Part shown: positions 29,209 to 38,052 of the stretch, piece by piece
Position numbering within the stretch: the stretch's first letter is position 1
How the letters are laid out: every line of letters starts with the position of its first letter
Assembly: GCA_021784815.1 (NCBI GenBank)
Contig: JAJYHK010000004.1
Span: 16,255 to 80,254 of the forward strand
Reading direction: 5' to 3'
DNA: 64,000 nt
Origin: a bacterium
Lineage (GTDB): Bacteria > Patescibacteriota > Minisyncoccia > Phycocordibacterales > Phycocordibacteraceae
The notes under the pieces: generated by a model
What the model was told of the DNA's origin: nothing
The model's database searches: none
Seen by the model: only the letters and a program-made list of their open reading frames with translations
Position numbers and translations under genes: made by a program

Positions 29209-29306
29209 GGAAAATACCTACTGACTATACCAAAAAAAGCGCGACGCGGTACGCCGTCCTGCGGTGGCCGGCAAGATCGGAGTGAGGACGGAGCCCGAAG
29301 CCTGCT

Positions 29307-30512
29307 TTAAGGCGCGAGCGCGAGGTTCCCGTTCGCCGAGAGTGTGGCGGGGTTCGCGAGCTCGTCGCGCTTAGCGCGATAGAAGGCAGCGAGCGCGATC
29401 ATGAGCGCATTGTCGGTGGTGAGTGCCTGAGCGGGGATCGCGAGCGTTACGTCATTGAACTCGGCGGCGATGCCCTCTCTAAAGACGCGGCGCAGATGAA
29501 CGTTCGCCGAGACACCGCCGCCGATCGCGAGCGTCTTTGCGCCCGTCTCTCGGAGCGCACGAGAGGTCTTCTTCCAGAGTACGTCGGCGACTGCGTCTTC
29601 GAACTCGCGCGCGAGCGCGCCCTTTTCGTCTTCGGAAAGGTCATCGCGCGCTTTGAGTAGGTTACGAACGGCGGTCTTGAGGCCAGCGAAAGAGAAATCG
29701 CAGGAGTTTTCGTGGAGCATAGGGCGCGGGAGCGTAAAGGGCGCCGGGCGGGCCGTGTTCAAGGTCCGACCTTGAACAGAAAGGGCGCGCAGCGCTTCGG
29801 CGCGTTTTGAGATTTCCGGGCCGCCCGGGTAAGGAAGCTCGAGCATCCGGGCAACCTTGTCGAACGCCTCGCCGACCGCATCATCGCGCGTACGGCCTAC
29901 GAGGGCGTATGAGAGGAACGCTCTCATGAGCACAAGCTCGGTGTGTCCGCCGCTCACGAGGAGTGCGAGCGCCGGCAGCGTGACGTTTGCAATCTCGAGC
30001 TCGCGTTCGCTGCCTTTTGCGAGCGCCGCCATAATATGGCCCTCCATGTGGTTTACCGCGACGAGTGGTTTGCCCCAGGCAAGCGTGAGCGCCTTGGCGA
30101 AATTAATGCCGACCCAGAGCGCGGGCTCGAGCCCGGGACCGGCGGTGACCGCGATGCAATCGACCGCCGCCGGCTCGCTTTCCTTTAGAAAGGCAAGCGT
30201 CGCTTCATCGAGCCCGGGTTCGCGCTCAAGGAGCTTTGCAATGGCGTCGTGCGTTTCGGTGCGCAAGTTCTGCGCGTCTTCGTGCAGAAGCTCAGCTTCC
30301 TCAAGCGCCGCTGCGAGGATAGGGATGAGATTTTTCGCATGCTCGCGTTTCGCAAGCGCGGGGAATACGCCGCCGTACTCTTTGTGGATGTCGACTTGCG
30401 AGAGTAAAGCGTTACCGAGGACGCGGAAGCGCGCGGCGCGCTCGTTACCCTCGGCTTCGACGATCGCGATGGCGGTCTCGTCGCAGCTGGTCTCTATGGC
30501 GAGGATCCTCAT
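29307..30512 (-). CDS. tsaD: tRNA t6A threonylcarbamoyltransferase TsaD
   Basis: ILAIETSCDET, NHMEGH, LVSGGHT, GEAFDK, DFSFAGLKT, TDNA. Confidence 0.95.
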   Translation of the reverse strand: MRILAIETSCDETAIAIVEAEGNERAARFRVLGNALLSQVDIHKEYGGVFPALAKREHAKNLIPILAAALEEAELLHEDAQNLRTETHDAIAKLLEREPGLDEATLAFLKESEPAAVDCIAVTAGPGLEPALWVGINFAKALTLAWGKPLVAVNHMEGHIMAALAKGSERELEIANVTLPALALLVSGGHTELVLMRAFLSYALVGRTRDDAVGEAFDKVARMLELPYPGGPEISKRAEALRALSVQGRTLNTARPAPFTLPRPMLHENSCDFSFAGLKTAVRNLLKARDDLSEDEKGALAREFEDAVADVLWKKTSRALRETGAKTLAIGGGVSANVHLRRVFREGIAAEFNDVTLAIPAQALTTDNALMIALAAFYRAKRDELANPATLSANGNLALAP

Positions 30513-30533
30513 AGCAAAGGTATACTACACCTA

Positions 30534-31094
30534 ATGCAGCGTGACGATCTCCTGTGCTGGGTAGATCTTGAGATGACCTCGCTACGCGATGCGCGCCAGG
30601 ATCAGATTATCGAAATCGCCATCCTTTTGACCGATAAAGACCTGAACATTGTGGCTGAAGGCCCCGACCTCGTGATCCATGCCAAGCCCGAGCTCTTCGA
30701 GGGCCTTCCGGAGTCGGCCCGCGCCCTCCATGAAAAGAGCGGGATTATGGCCGATGTGGCAAAGAGCACTCTCACGCTTGCGCAAGCCGAGCAGCAGGCG
30801 ATCGCCTTTCTCAAAGAACGCGTGCAGTACCAGACGGCGCCCTTGTGCGGTAATTCTATCCACGTCGATCGCCACTTCTTGCGGCTCCAGATGCCCGAGC
30901 TCGAAGACTACCTCTTCTATCGATGCATAGACGTCTCGACTGTCAAGGAGCTCGCGCGCCGTTGGGCACCCGCGGTGTTTGCAGAGGCGAAAGCACGCAA
31001 AGGCGAAAGCGTGCATCGTGCCATGGATGACATTCGCGCCTCTATCTCCGAGCTTGCGTTTTATCGCGGCGCATTCTTTTCGCGGCAGAGCTAA
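30534..31094 (+). CDS. orn: Oligoribonuclease
   Basis: WVDLEMT, PLCGNSI, DVSTVKELARRW, HRAMDDIRASI. Confidence 0.93.
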   Translation: MQRDDLLCWVDLEMTSLRDARQDQIIEIAILLTDKDLNIVAEGPDLVIHAKPELFEGLPESARALHEKSGIMADVAKSTLTLAQAEQQAIAFLKERVQYQTAPLCGNSIHVDRHFLRLQMPELEDYLFYRCIDVSTVKELARRWAPAVFAEAKARKGESVHRAMDDIRASISELAFYRGAFFSRQS

Positions 31095-31942
31095 CCCTCG
31101 TCGATCTCGACCCACGGCAGCGCGTGGCCGTGCGGTATGAAGAAGCCCGCGCTCCCCGCATGGCCGCCGCCGCCGTACTTTGCGGCGAGTTCCGACACGT
31201 CGACCGTGCCGTTGCTGCGGATCGATACGCCATAGCCGTCCGGGTGCGCGGAAACGACCAGTGCGATCGGGGGCAGCTTTTCGCAAAGCAGCCGTCCAAT
31301 GTGCGAGCGCATGGTGATCGTCGGCAGAGAATTGGCGAAGTAGCACTCGCGGTCTTCGAAGCGCACTTTCTTGGCTGCATCGACCGCGATGGCGCAGAGC
31401 TTTTCGTAGTACTCATTGTAGGCCGCGGCTTTTTGCAGGATACGCGCGCGGCGTTCGCGGTCTTCAAGCGCCGCCGCGAGATCGTCCCAGGTACGGAAGT
31501 TATACGGCTGCACGACGAGATAGGTGGAGATGTCGTGGGTTTCGGGGAGCGCGAAGCGGTACAGGTCTTCGTCTTCGAGGTAGCGAAGGAGCTCTGGCAC
31601 CGGGGCCTTCGGATGAAAAAAGGCCCACGCGATCGTCGCGCCCGAGCGGTCGTTATCGAAGACGTGTTCGGGCGCCGACTGCACGAGCGCCTGCGCGCTT
31701 TCATGATGGTCGAGCACGACGAGCCGCTTCGCTTCTTTGGCAAGCTCCGTCATCGCGCCGGGCCGCTCGAAAATGAAATCGAGAACATACACTTCTTTCT
31801 CCGCGAGGTCTTCCGGCACGTCGTCGCCATAGCCGGCAGGGAGGTAGCTCGCGTCGTCGCCGAATTTTTTCCATGCCGCGTAGGCCGCGCCGAACCCGTC
31901 CGGGCAGCGCTTGTGGTAAATGACGACGATTCCTTTCTCCAT
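31091..31942 (-). CDS. DHH/DHHA1 phosphoesterase
   Basis: YH..CPDGFGAA, LDHH, GGGGH. Confidence 0.88.
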   Translation of the reverse strand: MEKGIVVIYHKRCPDGFGAAYAAWKKFGDDASYLPAGYGDDVPEDLAEKEVYVLDFIFERPGAMTELAKEAKRLVVLDHHESAQALVQSAPEHVFDNDRSGATIAWAFFHPKAPVPELLRYLEDEDLYRFALPETHDISTYLVVQPYNFRTWDDLAAALEDRERRARILQKAAAYNEYYEKLCAIAVDAAKKVRFEDRECYFANSLPTITMRSHIGRLLCEKLPPIALVVSAHPDGYGVSIRSNGTVDVSELAAKYGGGGHAGSAGFFIPHGHALPWVEIDEG

Positions 31943-31948
31943 ATCGAC

Positions 31949-32386
31949 TTAGGCTATCACCTCGTTAAAGAAATTGCCCGAACGCCAAGCATCAAGCACG
32001 GCCTTGCTTGGCGCAAAGAGAGGCTCGGGGATTGCGTCCGCGTTGTACCATCGCCAGTTGCGCGACTTGTCCGGTTCGGGGTTTGTCGGCTCGCCACTGT
32101 TGCAGCGGACGAGAAAGCCGATATTCACGAAGTGCTTCCCGTATACACACTCATTGTTCAAGCAGACTATCCTTTCAAAGGAAAGGTCGGTTAGGCCGGT
32201 TTCCTCTAGCACTTCTTTGCGCGCGGCGGCCTCGAACGCGAGCCCGAATTCCAAGTGGCCACCAGGAATCTGGTAGGTTCCGGCGCCATGGCTCGAGAGG
32301 CGCTCGCCAATAAGCACCTGTCCTTTCTCATTGAATACGATAACGCCTACGGCCGCTAAAGGACGCGGTTTTTCTTCGGTGGTCAT
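31949..32386 (-). CDS. NUDIX hydrolase
   Basis: PGGHLEFG.....ARKEVLEETG. Confidence 0.9.
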   Translation of the reverse strand: MTTEEKPRPLAAVGVIVFNEKGQVLIGERLSSHGAGTYQIPGGHLEFGLAFEAAARKEVLEETGLTDLSFERIVCLNNECVYGKHFVNIGFLVRCNSGEPTNPEPDKSRNWRWYNADAIPEPLFAPSKAVLDAWRSGNFFNEVIA

Positions 32387-32395
32387 GCAGTCAGT

Positions 32396-33256
32396 TTAGC
32401 GCACAAAACGCACGTAGATGCCTGAGGGTACGACTCGATTCGAGCCCGATTCCTTAAGATGCAGCTCACCGCTTTCTCCCTCGACCGGTCCGAAGACGTC
32501 CTCGACGGCCTGCGCGAACGAGCGAGAAGCGTATCCAGCGGCATAGCCGTTGAGGAGGAAAAAGCTCCCGGGTGTCGGGTTGAGCATTTCCCTGAGCGTC
32601 CTAAGCAGCGGCGCAAGGTCCTCTTCAATCTTCCATACCTCGCCCTTGGCGCCGCGGCCGAACGCGGGCGGGTCAAGAATGATGCCGTCGTAGCACACAC
32701 CGCGGCGCATTTCGCGCTTTGCGAAGGAGCTCGCGTCGTCGGCGATCCAACGGACATCCTCAGAGAGTCCGGAAAGCCGCGCGTTTGCGCTCGCCCAATC
32801 GAGCGACTGTTTCGAGGCATCCACATGCGTGACGCGCGCACCGGCGCGCGCGGCCGTGATCGTGGCCGCGCCGGTGTAGCCGAAGAGATTGAGCACCTTC
32901 GGCGCTTCGAGTGTGCTCGCCCGCCCGGCAATCCATTCCCAGTTAGGCGTTTGCTCGGGGAATACGCCGACATGCTTGAAGGACGAGAGCCGGACAGAGA
33001 GGCGAAGATCGTTATAGGCGAGGGTCCACGGCTCTGGCAGCGGCTTGCGCACGTCCCAGTCGCCCTTGCTTCCGGAAAACGCGAACCGCGCGTGTGCGTG
33101 GGTCCAGCGCTCGGGTGCGCGCTGCTCCCAGAGCGCTTGCGTTTCCGGGCGCGCGACCACGACGGAGCCGAAGCGCTCGAGCTTTTCGTGGTTACCCGAG
33201 TCGAGGAGCTCGTAGTCGCCCCACGGCTCCGTTACGAGATGCCGGTCGTATTTCAT
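32396..33256 (-). CDS. Class I SAM-dependent (RlmI/K-like) methyltransferase
   Basis: YELLDSG..EKLERFG, KHVGVFPEQ, VLNLFGYTG, ILDPPAFG. Confidence 0.85.
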   Translation of the reverse strand: MKYDRHLVTEPWGDYELLDSGNHEKLERFGSVVVARPETQALWEQRAPERWTHAHARFAFSGSKGDWDVRKPLPEPWTLAYNDLRLSVRLSSFKHVGVFPEQTPNWEWIAGRASTLEAPKVLNLFGYTGAATITAARAGARVTHVDASKQSLDWASANARLSGLSEDVRWIADDASSFAKREMRRGVCYDGIILDPPAFGRGAKGEVWKIEEDLAPLLRTLREMLNPTPGSFFLLNGYAAGYASRSFAQAVEDVFGPVEGESGELHLKESGSNRVVPSGIYVRFVR

Positions 33257-34041
33257 GCGAGCGAATCCGGATGCGTTACGCTCCAGGCGTAAAACACGAC
33301 GCCGGCGGAAACGGCGGCGTTAAGCGATTCGGTGCGCGAGTGCATCGGTATGGAAAGAGTGATGTCGCAGGCTTCGAGCGTCTTCTCGCGGATGCCACGG
33401 CCTTCATTGCCGACGACGAAGGCGGCGGGCGCGCTGAACCGCTCTTCGGAGAGCGCGGTAACACCATCGGCCGCAAGGCCATACACCCAGAAGCCCCGAT
33501 TCTTGAGCTTCTCGAGCGCCTGATTGACGTTGCCTATCGAGACAAGTGGCACGCGGAAGGCCATGCCTGCGGAGGTCTTCAAGACGGAGCCGGTGATCCG
33601 CGCCTGGTTGTGCTCGGGAATGAGCACGCCCGAAATGCCGAACGCCGCGGCGCTGCGTATGATCGCGCCCACATTGTGGGGGTCTTGTACTTCGCCGAGA
33701 ACCGCAAGAGCGGGTTTTCGTTCGAGATCGAGAGAACCGAGCAGCGTATCGAGGGAGGTAAAAAGCGCGGCGGATTCGATGAGCGCAATGACGCCCTGGT
33801 GGACCGCATCACGGCCGACGAGCTCTTTGCCGCGGCCGTTCGGAAGCTCGCTCGTCGGAATCTTGTGTTCGGCAAGCAGCACGCGCAGCTGTTTTGTCCC
33901 CGCATCGGGAGCGAGAAATGCTTTGCGCACCGCGCGGGGCACGTGCTCGAGGGCTTCGGTGAGCGCATGCACGCCGTAGGCGTACACCTTGCCTGAATCA
34001 ACCCGATCGGTGCGCTTGGTGCGGCCTCTAGAAGATGTCAT
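33253..34041 (-). CDS. rlmB: 23S rRNA Gm2251 methyltransferase RlmB (SPOUT)
   Basis: HQGV, DPHNVGAIIRSA, GNEGRG, ESLNAAVS. Confidence 0.88.
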   Translation of the reverse strand: MTSSRGRTKRTDRVDSGKVYAYGVHALTEALEHVPRAVRKAFLAPDAGTKQLRVLLAEHKIPTSELPNGRGKELVGRDAVHQGVIALIESAALFTSLDTLLGSLDLERKPALAVLGEVQDPHNVGAIIRSAAAFGISGVLIPEHNQARITGSVLKTSAGMAFRVPLVSIGNVNQALEKLKNRGFWVYGLAADGVTALSEERFSAPAAFVVGNEGRGIREKTLEACDITLSIPMHSRTESLNAAVSAGVVFYAWSVTHPDSLA

Positions 34042-34144
34042 AAGGATGAAGGAGGAAAGATGGAGGTGGGGATACTAAACAGACTCGGTCACGTTTTGCT
34101 AACCGGGCTGCTCCAGGTATCCGCAACCCTAAGCGCCGCGCCCC

Positions 34145-34228
34145 TCGAGTCCCTTACCGCGCACAAAATGATACTCATGAGAGGCGCCGCCTTCCATTCC
34201 TTCATTTTGTGCGCGGTAAGGGACTCGA
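34145..34228. repeat. 27-bp perfect inverted repeat including the tRNA-Val 3' end
   Basis: TCGAGTCCCTTACCGCGCACAAAATGA at 34145-34171; reverse complement at 34202-34228. Confidence 0.85.
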
Positions 34229-34282
34229 ACCCCTGACCCTCCCCACGTCAAGGGGATGCTCTACCAACTGAGCTAACCGCGC
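34210..34282 (-). tRNA. tRNA-Val(GAC)
   Basis: TCCCC-TT-GAC-GT-GGGGA. Confidence 0.95.
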
Positions 34283-34403
34283 GTTGGGCTCACTGTACCC
34301 TATCTTAGGGCTCGCTTCAATGTGGGATGACACCCCTCCATTTTCCCCTGCGCCGTTCGTCCGATGCTTGCATCGGGTAGGGGGGTGCTACACTATAAGG
34401 TAT

Positions 34404-35066
34404 ATGGATACCCGGACTACAGCAGCGGTGGGCGGCATCGGGATGCTCGCTTTTATGCTCGTAGGCATAGGTTTGTGGCATGTTGCTGGCGTGCTCGATT
34501 CCATGACGAACGCCGATGTGAGTGTCGCGCTTCAGGCCGCCTCATCGACCACAGGATCGCAAATCACTGAGGAAGGGCCTGTACCGCCGCTTTTGCCGCG
34601 CGTCCCGCGACGCATAGGGACCGGTGCTGTGAGCGCATCGGCAGGGAGCGAAAAGATCGTGAGCGCGCCCGTCACTGTCGCTGGCGTCGGCACGCTCGAC
34701 AACCTTCTTACGTACAAGTCTGACCTTACCTGCGCGGTTACGACGCTCGGGACCGCGTTGCCAAGGACGGGCACAGTCTATCTTTCCGATGGAGATCTTC
34801 GCGGCGACTTTAACATTACGGTAGACGGACGAAGCTTGCATTCCTCGATGATTGACGCCGGAGGGTATCTGTATGCCTGGATGGATGCTGGCACGCACGG
34901 GGTGCGGCTTCTAGCAGCTTCGAGTGTAAGCGGGAGCGCGATAGTTTCCTATGGCGGCGTTAACCCAGCTCAAGAGATTAGTTACAGCTGCAACCTTTGG
35001 AAGGCTGACCATACGCAGTTCGCGCCGCCCAGCAGCATCGCCTTTACCGATACGGCTGGAAACTAG
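34404..35066 (+). CDS. Hypothetical membrane-anchored exported protein
   Basis: N-terminal TM; C..GTVY....RGDF...GYLYAW...YSC..W..D..F.PP pattern. Confidence 0.7.
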   Translation: MDTRTTAAVGGIGMLAFMLVGIGLWHVAGVLDSMTNADVSVALQAASSTTGSQITEEGPVPPLLPRVPRRIGTGAVSASAGSEKIVSAPVTVAGVGTLDNLLTYKSDLTCAVTTLGTALPRTGTVYLSDGDLRGDFNITVDGRSLHSSMIDAGGYLYAWMDAGTHGVRLLAASSVSGSAIVSYGGVNPAQEISYSCNLWKADHTQFAPPSSIAFTDTAGN

Positions 35067-35125
35067 GGTTTGGGGAGAGTGGAGAGTAAACGCAAAACCG
35101 CGGATAAGAAGCCGATTCTACTATG

Positions 35126-35197
35126 TGACCCCACGGGGAATCGAACCCCGATTTACGCCGTGAAAGGGCGCTGTCCTAGCCGTTAGACGATAGGGCC
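35126..35197 (-). tRNA. tRNA-Glu(TTC)
   Basis: GCGCC-CT-TTC-AC-GGCGT. Confidence 0.95.
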
Positions 35198-35265
35198 AAT
35201 AGCGAGACTTTACCATCTTTTTTCGTCTTTCGCACCGATTACAAAAATGCTAGAGTGGCATCACT

Positions 35266-35352
35266 GGAGAGGTGGCTGAGTGGTCGAAGGCACCGCACTC
35301 GAAATGCGGCGTCCGGGTAACTGGACCGTGGGTTCGAATCCCACCCTCTCCG
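35266..35352 (+). tRNA. tRNA-Ser(CGA)
   Basis: CCGCA-CT-CGA-AA-TGCGG, long variable arm. Confidence 0.96.
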
Positions 35353-35410
35353 CCCGAAGACTTTTGTATCGGACAGACCCGAGGGCTTATTATTATTGCG
35401 CATGGTATTC

Positions 35411-36094
35411 ATGACCGATAATCTCTGGTTTCCGCCGCTAAATGTCATTCATCACTTTCGGGAGTTGGAACGACAGGGCAAATTAGTCCCCGGCAGCAAA
35501 ATCTATCGCAAGGCGGCTGAGGGCTATATAGTTGCCATCTCGCTCATGGGCGTTATGAAGATTCTCGGCAGAGAATTTTGGATGCAACTCGTAAGTGACG
35601 ATGAAGGAAGTCCCGATGTGCGAACTGGTTGTTATGACAAGAAGATTCGTGACAATGACTTCTCGGTTCAAGACGTAGAGGTCGTGACATTCGATGAGCA
35701 TGCTTCAGAAGACAATCTGATTGACTTTTTAATGAACACCAAGCTGGCTCGAAAGAAGTCATATGACGATCAAACGACCATTTTGTGCCATGTGCATAGG
35801 CCAACTTGGGTGCCACCCTACGCGGAACTGCAGGCGTCCCTTGCCAATAAACATCTAACAACAAAAGCACCGGTAATAGTTATCGGTAGGTCTGATCCGA
35901 CCAAGGAGATCTATAAGATGGCGCAAATTTATCCAGCGGTTGATTTGGTGACATCCTTTGACTTAATAGAAGAGTGCCACAAGCATCCGAAGCGGCACAT
36001 ACTTCGTTTAAGAAGATCTGGGAAGCCGACAATTGAGGTCGTATCGAATCCTAAAGAAAAACACTATCCCTTCGAGAAATTAGGCGTGGTCTAA
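35411..36094 (+). CDS. Hypothetical protein, possible PD-(D/E)xK-like fold
   Basis: Intact ~227-aa ORF in AT-richer DNA; SPDV...DVEVV motif spacing. Confidence 0.65.
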   Translation: MTDNLWFPPLNVIHHFRELERQGKLVPGSKIYRKAAEGYIVAISLMGVMKILGREFWMQLVSDDEGSPDVRTGCYDKKIRDNDFSVQDVEVVTFDEHASEDNLIDFLMNTKLARKKSYDDQTTILCHVHRPTWVPPYAELQASLANKHLTTKAPVIVIGRSDPTKEIYKMAQIYPAVDLVTSFDLIEECHKHPKRHILRLRRSGKPTIEVVSNPKEKHYPFEKLGVV

Positions 36095-36099
36095 TATTG

Positions 36100-36309
36100 T
36101 TATCCGATGGCGACAACCCCTGCTGTGATTTTGAGTTTCGTTTTGAAGCATCCCATCAGCTCGCGCTTCTCTTCATTCGTGCCCTCTTTCAGGATGTACT
36201 TCGCATAGGTGCGCAGGTCGACATCCTCGTGCTTGGCGTCAGATTTGGAGAGACCGAGCACTGTGCGCTGGAATTTATTATGGCGTTTAAGCTCTTCTTT
36301 AAACTTCAT
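36100..36309 (-). pseudogene. C-terminal stub of a putative recombinase
   Basis: DVDLRTYAKYILKEGTNEEKRELMGCF, homologous to 18214-18372. Confidence 0.6.
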
Positions 36310-36760
36310 CTCAATGCCTGGAGAAGAAGGGTGCTGTAGCGAAAGCTTTTAGCAGAATGAGTGAACCTTCCTAGAAGGATAACCTCTGTGTTTAGTCTCT
36401 TTGGCTGGGTAAGTATGGAGAACAGGTAAGGAATTTTCGACCCGTAAGCCGCGCGAAGCGCGGCGGAGAGCAGAGCACCAAAAACAACGTGAAGTAGGGG
36501 TTGGGATTTTCCCGATGCACTTTCAGAAAAGCGAATGGTTGAGCCACAGTTCAGAGTCGCAGGGTAGTCATTCCACCGATACCGGAATGACTACCTGTAT
36601 GACTACCCTGTTTTGCTAAAATGGGTTCGAGCAAACGCTAACAACGACCGCCCGAAGACTTTTGTATCGGACAGACCCGAAGGGCTTATTCTAGGCCGTT
36701 ATTGAAACGTAAGAGAAATGTCTTGTCAGGCCGCCTCGTCCCCTATCAACGCGAAATCGG

Positions 36761-36789
36761 TTGAAATTCGTTCCGGTACATGGTATCTT
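36761..36789 (+). promoter_or_regulatory. Sigma70-type promoter
   Basis: TTGAAA-N17-TATCTT with extended -10 TG. Confidence 0.55.
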
Positions 36790-36881
36790 GACTAGCGTAG
36801 GTCGAAACCTTTTGCCAGCTAATTACTGGGATGAGGTTTCGTTTTGCTTTATGCAGAACGGATCTCATCTGCCCATCCAAC

Positions 36882-36962
36882 ATGGACGATACTCAGGTTG
36901 AGAAGACGGAAGGTGAGGAGACGACGGAGGAGACCTCCGGCGACGCCCCCCAGGGCGAGTAA
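36882..36962 (+). CDS. 26-aa acidic microprotein
   Basis: MDDTQVEKTEGEETTEETSGDAPQGE*, lying between a promoter and a terminator. Confidence 0.5.
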   Translation: MDDTQVEKTEGEETTEETSGDAPQGE

Positions 36963-36964
36963 GC

Positions 36965-37010
36965 TTTCAAAAACAGAACCCGCGCGGATGCGCGGGTTCT
37001 GTTTTTGAAA
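36965..37010. terminator. Bidirectional terminator
   Basis: TTTCAAAAACAGAACCCGCGC/GCGCGGGTTCTGTTTTTGAAA. Confidence 0.8.
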
Positions 37011-37020
37011 CATTCGGACG

Positions 37021-37953
37021 CTACGTACTCGCGTGCGTCTTGAGCCAAAGGTAGAGGTCTTCGAGCGCCTTAACGCCGTCGCCGGCGGCAATATTGTTTT
37101 GGTGATAGAGCTCATCGGTGCAGTCGCCGGCGGCCCAAATGCCCTCCGTGCTTGTGCGCTGGGTGCGCGGGTCCACCGTTACGCGCTTCACCGCATCGAG
37201 CTCGAGCAGGCCTTCAGCGAACTCGGTGCTAGGAATGACGCCTGCTTCTACGAAGACGCCCGAGACCGGCAGTATGGCCTCTTCGCCGGTGTCCGTATTG
37301 CGGTAGCGCAGACCGCTCACGAATTGTTCCCCAATAACCTCGGTTGGCTCGGCATGGGTAATGGTATGCATATGAGGGTGCGCGCACACGCGCTCGACGG
37401 TAATAGGGTCAGCTTTAAAGGTTGCGTGGCGGTGAATGAGAGTGACTGATTTTGCATATGCGAGCAGTTGGGCGGCGGTCTCGAAGCCGGCGTTACCGCC
37501 GCCCACGACAGCGACGTCCATGCCGGCAAAGAGCGGGCCGTCGCACGACGCGCAATACGTGACGCCCTTATGTTCAAACTTTTGCGCACCCGGGACTTCG
37601 AGCTTCCGGCGGGAGGCGCCGCTCGCGATGAGGACCGCACGTGCATCGACGGTCTCGCCACCCTTCGTGATCGCGCGGAAGCCGCCCTCAATCCGCGCAA
37701 GTTTCTCGACGCGCGTGCCCAGTTTGAGTGTGATCTTGTCGCCCATCACTACCTCGAGGTGCGCTCTGAGTGTCTTAGCGAGATCGGCGCCGGAAATCTT
37801 TGCGAGCCCGATCCAATTCTCGATCCCCTCCGATACGACGGACTGTCCGCCGATTTCTTCCGCGATGAATTCAGTTTGCAAATACTTGCGTGCAGCGTAC
37901 ACGCCGGCCGCAACGCCTGCAGGGCCGCCGCCAATAATGATGAGATCCTTCAT
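37021..37953 (-). CDS. Thioredoxin reductase / AhpF-like FAD oxidoreductase
   Basis: GGGPAG, YCASCDG, GGGNAG, AAGD. Confidence 0.9.
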   Translation of the reverse strand: MKDLIIIGGGPAGVAAGVYAARKYLQTEFIAEEIGGQSVVSEGIENWIGLAKISGADLAKTLRAHLEVVMGDKITLKLGTRVEKLARIEGGFRAITKGGETVDARAVLIASGASRRKLEVPGAQKFEHKGVTYCASCDGPLFAGMDVAVVGGGNAGFETAAQLLAYAKSVTLIHRHATFKADPITVERVCAHPHMHTITHAEPTEVIGEQFVSGLRYRNTDTGEEAILPVSGVFVEAGVIPSTEFAEGLLELDAVKRVTVDPRTQRTSTEGIWAAGDCTDELYHQNNIAAGDGVKALEDLYLWLKTHAST

Positions 37954-38052
37954 ACACCGTTCAGTATACTCTAGGGCCAGTTTTCTGGCGCGCGGGGATA
38001 ACGAAACGCGCTGGGCAGTCGCCCGCGCGTTTCGTTAAAAAGCAGCCTCGGT

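Larger units (their letters stand above)
35350..36680. mobile_element. Degraded integrative islet at the tRNA-Ser 3' end, bounded by 33-bp direct repeats
   Basis: Identical repeats at 35350-35382 and 36648-36680; AT-richer cargo ORF and recombinase-like stub inside. Confidence 0.7.

Noticed and set aside
29209-29306. T-box leader upstream of valS
   Set aside because: Too short and lacks the T-box consensus; only a CCGTCCT/AGGACGG stem is present.
837-36680. 33-bp repeat as a CRISPR repeat
   Set aside because: Only three dispersed copies, no regular spacers and no cas genes.
36800-36845. Possible hammerhead ribozyme (GAAAC...GATGAG)
   Set aside because: The core CTGATGA is absent (it reads CTGGGATGA) and a three-way junction cannot be built.
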